Shown here in pieces: positions 1 to 10,573 of a stretch of DNA of 64,000 nucleotides; positions within the stretch are counted from its first letter, which is position 1, and each line of letters begins with the position of its first letter. The translations under genes and the position numbers were made by a program. Under the pieces are notes generated by a model. That model saw only the letters and a list, made by a program, of their open reading frames with translations. It was not told where the DNA came from and made no database searches. This stretch comes from Tetramitus jugosus (lineage: Eukaryota > Protista > Heterolobosea): the NCBI GenBank assembly GCA_937625935.1, contig OW569376.1, positions 310,001-374,000 on the forward strand, given 5' to 3'.

Positions 1-775
1 GCTTTCTACTACTACTACTACCACGAGGATTCTTCTTTCGTTCTCTACTCCTTGTGTTCGCATGAGCAGTATCATTGTTATTATCATTCTTATTATCATT
101 GTTGTTATTGTTGTTATTGTTGTTAGTGTTAGTAGTGTTGTTGTGAGTGGTAGTAGGAATAGGAGTAGTAGGAGTAGTTGCTGTCTTGTTTGTATCATGA
201 CCATCTGTTAAAGTGTACGTAGTTGTGGTTGTTGTTGATGGTGGTATGGTTTGATCATTTGAGTCACTGCTGCTCAGGAATGGTGAATCATTATCATCCA
301 TCTGTTGTTGTTGTTGTTGTTGTTGTTGGTTGGAATCATCATCACTCTGACTCTTGTTAACATAAATATTTTGATTGTTCTTGTTGTTCTTGTCATGATC
401 ATCAGATTCATCACTATCACTCAAGAATGGTGATGTATGATCATCATTATTTTCAGGTTGTGATGTCGATGGTGATAATGATTGTTGTTGTTGTTGTTGT
501 TGTTTTGGAGATGATTCTTTTTTCTTCTCACTACTGCTGCTGCTGCTGCTGCTGCTGAGAAATGGTGAATCACTCAAGTCATCCTTTTGTTTTTGTTGGG
601 AAGAAACTGTTGTTTGATCATGACTACTACTGCTGCTGCTATCACTCAAGAATGGTGCATCATCAACAATTGGTTGATTGTTTTTTGTCTTGTCTTCCTC
701 TTCTTTTTTTTCATTCTTTTCATTATCATCAGCATCTTCATCACTACTGTCTGTCAAAAATGAACTATAAGTCGT

Positions 776-816
<41 letters not shown>

Positions 817-1063
817 GGTTGCTATGATTCGTATTTGAAGTATTGTTGTTGTCATTGTTATAGTGATGATGATAATCATTGACAATCATATCTTCATCAT
901 CATTGTTATCATCATTGTATGATTGTAGAATGTCATGTGATCTTATGACCATTGCATTGCTATTGTTGTTTTCGGTGTTGTTATTGTTATTATTGTGCTC
1001 AAATGGATCATGGTAATACAAATCACCATATTCATCTTCTTCATCTCCATTCATTCGGCTCAT
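1..1063 (-). CDS. N-terminal part of a low-complexity (N/D/S/Q-rich) protein that runs off the window start
   Basis: Manual translation from ATG at 1063 (MSRMNGDEEDEYGDLYYHDPFEH...) found no stop in the segments read down to base 1. It contains five (S/A)(P/S)FL(S/T)(D/S)S motifs and is absent from the ORF track, probably because it has no stop codon. Confidence 0.7.
776..816. repeat. (TGT)n microsatellite encoding poly-Asn on the minus strand; representative of many coding trinucleotide tracts in the window
   Basis: Visible run of TGT/GTT triplets. Confidence 0.85.
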
Positions 1064-1404
1064 GATTTATTGTTGATTGATTCGGTGAAACATCTATTAG
1101 GAATGTGTATTCGTTTTCTCCAGGAGGTCGTTGCCCGAAAATTCAAACTTTTTGTCGTGCATTTCTTGATTTTTGCCACCTCTTGAAATTCATTGAGGAA
1201 TGGAAAGCGCGGTTTTCTACCTTGTTGTTTATTAATAGCGAAATCGGAGTTTATTGACTCATAGTTCAATGAATTCAATATCGTCCAAGAGTCTCCTCCA
1301 GCTTCGACTCCACTCACACTACCATCTATTGAAACAACAACAGTCATCTCACCCACCCACTCACAACAATAACAACAACAACAACAACAACAACAAATAA
1401 CAAA

Positions 1405-4400
1405 ATGGTCATTACAACAGCATCCATGTACAAGAGTCTTGGTGAGGCATTGGCCATGGAGTCCAGTCATCCACCCAAAATCAAAGAAGCCTACACTCAA
1501 TACCTGTGCTGCATTGAAATGTTGATTGACAATATGAAGACGTTGGCAACCACTGACGACACTAATTTTTCACTTTCAATCGACAAGATGTACTATTTTA
1601 TTCGAGAGTGTACGCAACGGAGTGAACAATTGTTGTTGAGTCATCCTCACTTGTTTAAACAACAACAACAACAATTGTCATCTGCTGCAGCAACACCACC
1701 ATCGTCATCATCTCTCTCCTACATTATAACATCACCAAGATCAACACAATCTGATCATCAGAGCAGTCAATACATACAACAACGCGCAACAAACAAAATC
1801 AATAGTCCTAGCAATGGAACATTCCTCATCTCTGATACATCCTCTACTCTGACTCATAATCACAATTACAACAACAGTAATGATAATGATATGAACATGA
1901 ATAATTCGTATTATATTAACGCTGGTGATAATCATCATCATATGGTACCCACCACGACTATGAAACAAAAGTACAGTACGTACAGTCCGAGTGATCATCA
2001 AGTAATGTATCCCAACATCAATAATCAATCGCAGTACATTGCAGAATACTTTCCCAAGAATCAAATACAATCTCAACAATCACAATCTCAACAACAACAA
2101 CAGTTTACCCATACCAATCATCCAACGATACTTGATTCAAGTGCTCCATCTGTACCTATTCTCCTCCCTTCGTCATCATCATCATCATCATCATACCATA
2201 CAACAAACCATTCTTCCATTCACAATCAAAATAATAATACAAAAAATGGAGATCACATGTTATTGTATCATGATGACCTTCCATGGTCATACACTCCAAC
2301 GAGTAATACTGTCAATCACACAACTGTACCATCAACATCAACCATTGCATTAGCCAACAATAGAAACTCTCTACAATCATCATCAGCACCTCCACCACCC
2401 ATACCACACTCACTCTTGTTCAATCAACAACAACAACAACCAAAGCAACAACAGTCAAAACAACAACAACAATCATCACTCTATCATCCTCATCAGCATA
2501 TTGCCAAGAATGAAATTGAACATTGGAAACAAACATTTCAAAAGTATCAATCCAAGAGTCGATCACTGACTAGAATCATCAATCATCAATCCTTTTCATC
2601 TCTACTCTCTCTATTGTCACTTGTTCCCTTATCATCCTCATCATCAGTATCAGCATCATTAGCCATTCCATCTACCAATCATCATCATCATCACATGAAT
2701 CATCAGAGAAACAACATGGTTCCCTACACATCCATACCATCACTCTTGTATCACTCATTTGATATGAATCGATCCAATGAGATGGAATATGAAGATTGGA
2801 GTCAATCCATGTATGTTCTCCTGCATGGATCACACAAGGATCAAATTCAATTCTCCTATTCCATGTTTGATCCCAATGGTATCGGTTACATTAGCAAGAG
2901 TATGTTTATTCATACAATGACCATGATGTATGAGTTGTTGAATCACATGGGTATTGATTTGTTGATGATTATGATGACAATGAATATGAAGAAGACAACA
3001 ACAACAACAACAAATTCTGCTTCTACTTCTTTTGGTACTACCAATCCATTATTGTACAATGAATCATCACCACAAGCATCTCCATCATCCTTTGTTGCAA
3101 TGATTGAATATCGAATGAGTCAATTGTTTGATTCATTGTTTCTATCATCATCATCATCACTATCATCATCACAACAACAACAACAGAATGTGACTCGCAA
3201 TCAATTCATTAACATTATGATGAACAATGAGAATCGATTCCGATTATCCACACTTGATCTATTCCCTCTTCATCATCATCATCAAAAGAATGAATTGAAT
3301 CATCATCATCATCATCAGACTCATCATCACATGGATGCATCATCATCATCATCATCATTGCCTCCACTCATTCATCGAGTACAGAGACAATTTCATCGAT
3401 CGGGATCACCAGTCATACCAGGCAGCTCCAGTTTTGACAAGGTACTCAACATGATGCTCGGCATTCGAATCGCTCAACAACAAATTACTCAAATGTGGAA
3501 CATGAGACTGTATGGTGGTACTCTGATGAGTCATCCAAACAATCACAATTACAATAATAGTAGTAATAATAATAGTAATAATAATATTAATATGAACAAC
3601 AATGAGAATCGCATCATGAAACTGTATGCTAGAGATTGTAACTACATCATGTCATTTGAACTCCCTAGAGTCATGGCGACATCTAACAATAGTAGTAGTA
3701 GTCATTCTCGCAGCAGCAGCAGCAGCAGTAGTAGTATGATGATGATGGATAGTCTGTTCATGGATCAATCCAATCCTCCTGTTGTACAACAGACACCACT
3801 GGACGATCAACATGGTGAACAAACAAACAGTCAACGATCGTCAAAGAATTTTGTCTTCAAGGATTATGCACCACTGGTATTCCGCAGTATCCGTAGTCGA
3901 TTTGGTATATCAGAAGACGAGTATGCCATGGCTCTCGCACCTGAACAATTATTGGGTAATTTGTTGGTTGGACGACTGACGACTCTGACAGAGAAGATTA
4001 CCGATGGAAAGAGTGGCAATTTCTTCTTTTATAGTCACAATGGTCAATATCTGTGCAAGACGATCTCGGCAGGGGAACTGGAAACATTCCTACGAATTCT
4101 ACCAAAGTACTATAATCACATGTGTCGTTACAAGGACACTCTGATCACACGGTACTATGGTCTCCATTGTTTGAATGACACTGTGTTCGTTGTCATGGGT
4201 AACGTGTTCCAGACGAGCTACAAGATGGATTGCGTGTTTGATTTGAAGGGTAGTACTGTGGGCAGATCTGCATTCACAAACGCAGAAGAGTGTGTCAAGG
4301 CGGACAGTGAGAAATTGAAGAGTAAGATATTGAAAGACTTGGACTGGATAGCATTGCAGAAGAAACTGGCATTGGGTGATGTGAGTGGCAAATTTTTGCA

Positions 4401-4761
4401 TCAGCTCACCATTGATGCCAAATTGTTGGAGGAGTGCGAGATTATTGATTACTCTCTTTTGGTGGGCATACGTAAGTTGCCTAGAGTGTTGCCACCACAT
4501 CATATCGACGAAACGAGCTCACTCCCATTCCATCAACAGTTCGAAGGTGGTATTCTGTTTGGTGACACGGTGTTGTACCTCGGTATCATTGATACTCTCA
4601 TTGAATATGGTGTGAAGAAAAAGGTTGAACACAACATCAAGAGTCTGTACTATGGTGACGGAACAGGTATCAGTGTGACTGATCCAAAGAACTATGCTAC
4701 ACGATTCCTTGCCTTCCTTCATACACAAGTCCCTGGTGATTTGTCCACTATTTATTATTGA
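1405..4761 (+). CDS. Phosphatidylinositol-phosphate kinase (PIP5K family) with N-terminal MIT-like helical domain and NCS/frequenin-like EF-hand pair
   Basis: PIPK motifs FKDYAPLVFRSIR, GKSGNFFFYS, KTI, FDLKGS, LKDLD, IIDYSLLVGI and YLGIIDTL; EF-like segment FDMNRSNEMEYEDW...GSHKDQIQFSYSMFDPNGIGYIS. Confidence 0.9.
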   Translation: MVITTASMYKSLGEALAMESSHPPKIKEAYTQYLCCIEMLIDNMKTLATTDDTNFSLSIDKMYYFIRECTQRSEQLLLSHPHLFKQQQQQLSSAAATPPSSSSLSYIITSPRSTQSDHQSSQYIQQRATNKINSPSNGTFLISDTSSTLTHNHNYNNSNDNDMNMNNSYYINAGDNHHHMVPTTTMKQKYSTYSPSDHQVMYPNINNQSQYIAEYFPKNQIQSQQSQSQQQQQFTHTNHPTILDSSAPSVPILLPSSSSSSSSYHTTNHSSIHNQNNNTKNGDHMLLYHDDLPWSYTPTSNTVNHTTVPSTSTIALANNRNSLQSSSAPPPPIPHSLLFNQQQQQPKQQQSKQQQQSSLYHPHQHIAKNEIEHWKQTFQKYQSKSRSLTRIINHQSFSSLLSLLSLVPLSSSSSVSASLAIPSTNHHHHHMNHQRNNMVPYTSIPSLLYHSFDMNRSNEMEYEDWSQSMYVLLHGSHKDQIQFSYSMFDPNGIGYISKSMFIHTMTMMYELLNHMGIDLLMIMMTMNMKKTTTTTTNSASTSFGTTNPLLYNESSPQASPSSFVAMIEYRMSQLFDSLFLSSSSSLSSSQQQQQNVTRNQFINIMMNNENRFRLSTLDLFPLHHHHQKNELNHHHHHQTHHHMDASSSSSSLPPLIHRVQRQFHRSGSPVIPGSSSFDKVLNMMLGIRIAQQQITQMWNMRLYGGTLMSHPNNHNYNNSSNNNSNNNINMNNNENRIMKLYARDCNYIMSFELPRVMATSNNSSSSHSRSSSSSSSSMMMMDSLFMDQSNPPVVQQTPLDDQHGEQTNSQRSSKNFVFKDYAPLVFRSIRSRFGISEDEYAMALAPEQLLGNLLVGRLTTLTEKITDGKSGNFFFYSHNGQYLCKTISAGELETFLRILPKYYNHMCRYKDTLITRYYGLHCLNDTVFVVMGNVFQTSYKMDCVFDLKGSTVGRSAFTNAEECVKADSEKLKSKILKDLDWIALQKKLALGDVSGKFLHQLTIDAKLLEECEIIDYSLLVGIRKLPRVLPPHHIDETSSLPFHQQFEGGILFGDTVLYLGIIDTLIEYGVKKKVEHNIKSLYYGDGTGISVTDPKNYATRFLAFLHTQVPGDLSTIYY

Positions 4762-4831
4762 TCATTAAACTTATGAGTGTCCAATTGGAAAAAGAATACA
4801 TTTTACTGATTTTGTTACAAAATTATGTTTT

Positions 4832-6358
4832 TTAGAAGATTCTGGCATCGACTCTGAGAACGACACACGAGTTGGTTTGACCTGCAACACCTTCCAAGTG
4901 ACCCGATGTCACAACAACGTACTCACCGCTCTTGACAACACCCTTTTGCTTTTGTTCTTCAATGGCTCTCTTGATAACAGCATCACCACCAATCACGGAT
5001 CCGACAACAACAGGGAACACGTTTCTAGACACGACGAGTTGTCTAGCAGTTTCCTTGTTCTGGGTAATGGCAACAACAGGAGGTGTTGGTCTATACTTGG
5101 CCACCAATCGAGCAGTGTTACCGGACTCGGTCAATGAAAGAATCAAACCAGCACCAATGTCGTTGGCAGTCTTGACAGCAGAGGAAGCAATGGTCTCAGT
5201 GACAGTCACCTTGCCCACAGCCTTGACAATCGAGTCGTACGATCCTCTCTCGTCAATCAAATTCTCAGTAGTCTCACAAATCTTGGCCATGGTTCTCACG
5301 GATTCAAATGGGAACTCACCCTTGGCAGTCTCACCAGACAACATGACAGCATCCGTTCCGTCCAACACTGCATTTGCAATATCAGTCGATTCTGCTCTCG
5401 TTGGTCTAGGATTCACAATCATAGTCTCCAACATTTGTGTAGCAGTAATGACTGGTTTGCCAGCGACATTACACTTGGCAATCATCATCTTTTGTGCCAA
5501 TGACACATTCTCCAGTGGAATCTCCACACCCAGGTCACCACGTGCCACCATGATACCATCTGTCACCTTCAAAATATCATCAAAGTTCTCCAATCCCTCC
5601 GCATTCTCAATCTTTGAAATAATCTTAATGTTTTCACCACGTGCGCCCAACACTTTTCTAATCTCATGAACATCGTCAGCCTTTCTCACAAAACTGGCAG
5701 CAATGAAATCAACGCCTTGCTTGACACCAAACGTCAAATCCAATCGATCCTGTTCAGTCAATGCAGGCAAATCAACCTTGACATTTGGCAAGTTGACACC
5801 CTTCTTCTCACCGAGTTTTCCACTGTTGAGCACAGTGGTGTGAACGAGACCAGCGTCCACTTCAATGCTAGTCACCTTGCATGCAATCAATCCATCGTCA
5901 ATGAGCACAATGTTGCCCTCGGACAACACTCGAACAATATTCTTGTAATCGACGCGAATCTTTTGATCATTGCCCTTGAATCCGTCCTCTGTGGTCAATG
6001 TCAATGTCTGACCCTTCTTGAGTGCCACTTCTGAGCCACTGACTTCCAATTGACCTGTTCGGATCTCTGGTCCCTTTGTGTCAAGCATGATGGCAATCAG
6101 CTTCTTCTTGTTGGATGCAGCCTTGCGTGCATTGGTGATGGTAGTCTTGTGGAATTCGTGATCACCGTGTGAAAAGTTCATACGAACCACGTTGACACCA
6201 GCATCAAACAATTGTTCGAGAGCTTCCACAGATTGTGTCTTTGGGCCAATGGTGGCCACAATCTTTGTTCTTCTAGGGTATTCAGTGTGTGTTGGTTTGA
6301 ATTCTTTGGTGAATTGATGACCGTTGACTTTGATCCATACGTTGGTTGTAAGACTCAT
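4832..6358 (-). CDS. PK: Pyruvate kinase (508 aa from ATG 6358)
   Basis: RRTKIVATIGP, RMNFSHG, DTKGPEIRTG, IISKIEN, DGIMVARGDLGVE, ATQMLETM and DAVMLSGETAKG. Confidence 0.97.
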   Translation of the reverse strand: MSLTTNVWIKVNGHQFTKEFKPTHTEYPRRTKIVATIGPKTQSVEALEQLFDAGVNVVRMNFSHGDHEFHKTTITNARKAASNKKKLIAIMLDTKGPEIRTGQLEVSGSEVALKKGQTLTLTTEDGFKGNDQKIRVDYKNIVRVLSEGNIVLIDDGLIACKVTSIEVDAGLVHTTVLNSGKLGEKKGVNLPNVKVDLPALTEQDRLDLTFGVKQGVDFIAASFVRKADDVHEIRKVLGARGENIKIISKIENAEGLENFDDILKVTDGIMVARGDLGVEIPLENVSLAQKMMIAKCNVAGKPVITATQMLETMIVNPRPTRAESTDIANAVLDGTDAVMLSGETAKGEFPFESVRTMAKICETTENLIDERGSYDSIVKAVGKVTVTETIASSAVKTANDIGAGLILSLTESGNTARLVAKYRPTPPVVAITQNKETARQLVVSRNVFPVVVGSVIGGDAVIKRAIEEQKQKGVVKSGEYVVVTSGHLEGVAGQTNSCVVLRVDARIF

Positions 6359-6687
6359 GTTGTTGTATATATGTGTGTGTTGGTTTGGTTTGGTTTGGTT
6401 TGTTGGTAAGCTTTTTTTTTTGATGATGCTTCCAGATCTCGGCCAAAGCTTTGTTGTGTGGAATGTGGGAACCAGGGAATATTCGATCGAAAATTCCAAA
6501 TGGCGGCCAAATACCGAGATTTGTAACCGTGTGGACAGTCATTTGCTGTAGGTGACACACAGTGAAATTCAGAAAGAGAATCATTGACCAATGTCAAGTA
6601 TGATTTGTTCGACAGGAGAACAATTCTAAGGTGGTTCAAATTGGAAGTGCTCCAAAGGTGTTCAAAATGATAATGCGTTATTCTTGT

Positions 6688-8434
6688 TTACTGTAGTGTA
6701 CCTCTCTCTGGCTCGACCTTTTGGTTGAACAGAGATAGTGCAATCGTCGCATGATCTGTCTGCAGGAAATTCATACCATGTTGTTGGGGCTGCTGCTGGT
6801 AGTGCTGTTGTGGAACGGACGACGCTGATCTCACAAAATGAGTCAGCGTATCTACAGTGATATAGTTGAGTGTTGCCTGAGAGCTTAAAAAGGTCTTCTT
6901 ACCATCCAGAGACACATTGATGACCACTTCTCCTACTGCTCCTTGCAGAGAGGGTGGCACCTCACATACAATCACATCATTTCTTGCACTGAAAATCTCC
7001 CGAGACTCCTGCTTTCCAAAAAAGACAGAAACAAGACCACTGGACACAAAGGATCCCCTGTGATTGCTTCGACTGGATTGATCTGAATGAGGAGAGCTCA
7101 TTGTACTTCTCGATGTGTCATCCTCCAGCACTGTTGAAAGTGCTCCCACCACAGAAGGATATCCCACACCGAGTGCAATGCTCGAAGGCAGATTTTGCAC
7201 ATGAATCTTTACCAGGTTACCTCCTTGAACAAGACTCGTGCTCGGTTCCACACGCAACACATGCGGCGGAGGCAGCGTATTGTTCTCATCTTCAATCTTC
7301 TTCTTGATAATCAACTCTTTTTGTCTCTGTTTTTCGATACCTCTTCTCGTAATCGTTTCAAACTCTGCCGACTCTGCCACATCAATCACCTTGCCATTCG
7401 GTAGTGTCAGATTGAAGCGGCAGAGAAGCTTTTGACCGTGATTATGACTCGAATGCTTCACCACAAGATTTGAGAATTTCATGACAATGACTTCATCAAT
7501 CGTTACTGCTGAACGATTATTGTTGCTTGTGCTTTGTGGGATCAATGATTGCTTTTGCAATGGTGAAAGCATCACCTTGTCCTTCATGAGCATCGGCTTC
7601 TTGTATCCAACCAACTCTGCTGCCACTTCCATCTGAGGTATCGACTGATGATACATGGATGGTATTCTACGCGTATAAATGTGCAACACGTGCTCAACAA
7701 TTGGTTCTCTATTGTCTTTTCCTCCAATTTGCTTTGATGTTGGTGGAGTGAGAAAGCCACGAACGAGTTCCATGATTCGAACACTGGCAGTAGCAGCAAC
7801 AGTAGCGCCATTGCCTACAGCTGTAGGAGTAGTGGCTGATTGTTGTTGCTGTTGTTGCTGGTGATGATGATGATGATGAGAACTAATGGAGAGAGAGAGT
7901 GGTGATGACGATGAAGATGATGCAGAAGGAGGAGTAGATGGCGTAATGACAGTAGTACTAGTACTACTAGTAGTAGCAGATGAGGGTTGAATCGATTGTG
8001 AAACAATCATGTGACCATTTGCATTCATTACATTGACATGTTGACCACCTCCACCACCACCACCACCCATAACATTGTTCATTACACCATGTGAGTGATG
8101 ATTGTTCATGTCAACTGCTCTCACAACAATGGATCCTTGTTGATGAATTGGTTGATGAATGGGTGCATTGTTTGTTGCAATTGTTGTTGCGGCAGTTGCA
8201 GTATGAGGGTGTTGTTGTTGTTGCTGTTGATTCTGGTGATAATAATTATTATGTTGTGGTTGTGGTTGTTGTTGTTGTTGATTTTGATGATTATGGGAGT
8301 GATGATTGAGTATGGAGGATGATGAGGGTGGTGATGGCTGTTGTTGTGGTTGTGGTTGTTGATTATGAGAGTAGTGATAATAATTGGGTTGCGTACTTGG
8401 TTCATGCGTCGAATAGACTGTAGCGTAACCAGTG

Positions 8435-8468
<34 letters not shown>

Positions 8469-10014
8469 TACTACTGTTAATGACAGAATGATGAGTGTGA
8501 TTATGATTCGCCGTAGTCATTGATGAAGATGAATGATACTGATTCTGATGATGATAGGGTGCACTATTATTATTATTACTATTATTACTGTTATTCACAT
8601 GTTGATGATGATGATGATGATCACCACCACTTCCATTATTATTGTTCATCATCATATTATTATTATTATTGTTGTTGTTGTTGTTATGGTTCATGCTGTT
8701 CCTTCGTTGTTGCAATTGTTGTTGCATGGGCAGCATGGGCAACGGTGGCGGTGGATCCATAGGTGCACCACCATTGCTGCCATGAAGAACATGATTGGAT
8801 GACATGGATGATGTTGATGATGGAGGAGAATGCTTGTTCAGTCCTAGGAGTGAAGGTGGTGAGAATGAACTTGACGATGAAGAACTTGAGGAGGATGAAG
8901 ATGTTGACAGAAAGGGAGTGAGAGATGGTAAACTGAATAAATTGGCACTACTACTACTACTGTTATTATTATTACTATTGTTATTACTATTGTTATTGTT
9001 ATTGGATAGGGATGGAAGTCCAATAATGTCCTTTGGTGATGGTAACTTACAAGATGGATAATCAAGCATAATAGGTGATGGAAACAGTGGACTATCAGAT
9101 ATTAGTGGTGGTAGTCTTTCTCTCGTGTAGGACGATGATGAAGCTGAAGAAGATGATGAAGATGAAATGATATGATGTTGTTGTTGTGGTGGTGCTGGTG
9201 CTGGTTGTGAATGTTGACCAGTGTTTGGACTATTACTATTGTTATTGTTTGTTGGTGGTGATGGTACTGCACCACCAGTACTACTACTACTACTACTGTG
9301 ACTACCACTCGTGTTATGATTACCATGTCGATTGGAATGACTGCTAAACAGTGTATCAGGTGATTTCTTCTTCATGATGGATGACACATGTTGTTCATGA
9401 TCACTTGCATGACTACTACTACTACTACTGTTAACATGGTCATCATACTGTTCCGACTTGATTGTTGAACTATTGTTATTGCTGTTATTCATGGAAAAAT
9501 CATTCATAATGGCATGGATGGGTGTCGGAGTAGGAAGAAACACACCTGGTGTGATTAAACCATCCAATGAAGGAGTCAACAGTGAATTTGGTGTTTGAAA
9601 ATGGTTATTATTCTCTTGACTATTATTCTGACTGTTATTATTACTATTATTGGTATTATTATTATTATTATTGGTATTCGTATGATAGGAATGATTTTGT
9701 TGTCGGTGATGATGAGAAGAAGAGGATGATGATGAGGGTGGTACATGGGACAAGTGGTCAAAATTCAATTGAAAACCACTCGAGTCACCTCCACTCTGCA
9801 TGTCTGTTCCATCTACATGATGATGATGAGGATTGTTGTTGTTGTTGTTGTTACCATTATCAACACCCATTCTTCTCTTTTTATGGTGAATGTCTGATGA
9901 TTGTTGTTGTTGTTGTTGGTCTTGTGAATGATGATGATGAACCTCTGAATTCAATTTTCTCTTGTTTTGTGGCACAGTTGCAGAGTGCAAATTGTCTTCC
10001 TCTGATGATATCAT
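6688..10014 (-). CDS. Low-complexity protein with a C-terminal putative Ig-fold DNA-binding domain and an IPT/TIG domain; probable transcription factor
   Basis: About 750 aa of N/H/Q/S tracts, then a beta-rich domain (FSNLVVKHSSHNHGQKLLCRFNL...SAEFETITRRG), a basic helix, and an IPT-like PHVLRVEPSTSLVQGGNLVKIH...VFFG...VIVCEVPP...VINVSLDG segment. Confidence 0.65.
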
Positions 10015-10573
10015 TTTGTATTTTTTATTGTGTAATTGTGGATGTTGCGGTTGTGGTCGGCGCGTAGGTTTTTGTGTGTGAGAGAGTAGTGCGGTGGGTG
10101 TCGTTCTCTTGTGGTGTGAGAATATTGTTGTTGTTGTTATTATTGCGAGATTTTGGGAAATGGGTATTGGATGTTTGTTCTGTTTGTGGGTGGATTTGAG
10201 TGCAAAGATTTTCTTTTTCTATGTTTCTGAATTCTGTTGTTGGAACAACGGCACGGTCTGTTGCTTGGTTTGGGTTGATGAGTTGCGCAGGAGAAAAGAA
10301 CAACTGCCAGAGGAAATACCGAAAGAAGACGAGCGAGTTTCAATCGTGAGGTGGTGATGAGGATATTACTGGGTTGTGAGAAAAAAGAGAACTTGAGTAC
10401 TCTCGCAATGCAATAACAAACAGTTTGAAGTTGGATGTCTATCGTAGTTCCTCGGTTGGAGAGCCGAAAGTCCGTAACGAACTACCGCTGAAAGTGGACG
10501 AAAAAACTCCGAGTTTGACAAGTTCTTGTCAATGTCTCAGCGTGAGGTGAACTGGGTCAACTATGTTGTTTAT

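Noticed and set aside
562-882. Cys-rich ORF (poly-C) suggesting a metallothionein or toxin
   Set aside because: It is the antisense reading of the (AAC)n poly-Asn tract of the minus-strand gene 1-1063.
4877-6034. Overlapping plus-strand ORFs opposite pyruvate kinase, and similar short ORFs opposite other genes
   Set aside because: They are antisense or alternative-frame shadows of well-supported genes.
10444-10503. Hammerhead ribozyme suggested by CTGAAAG...GACGAAA
   Set aside because: The conserved CUGANGA core and a properly placed NUH cleavage triplet are not present; kept only as an inverted-repeat cluster.
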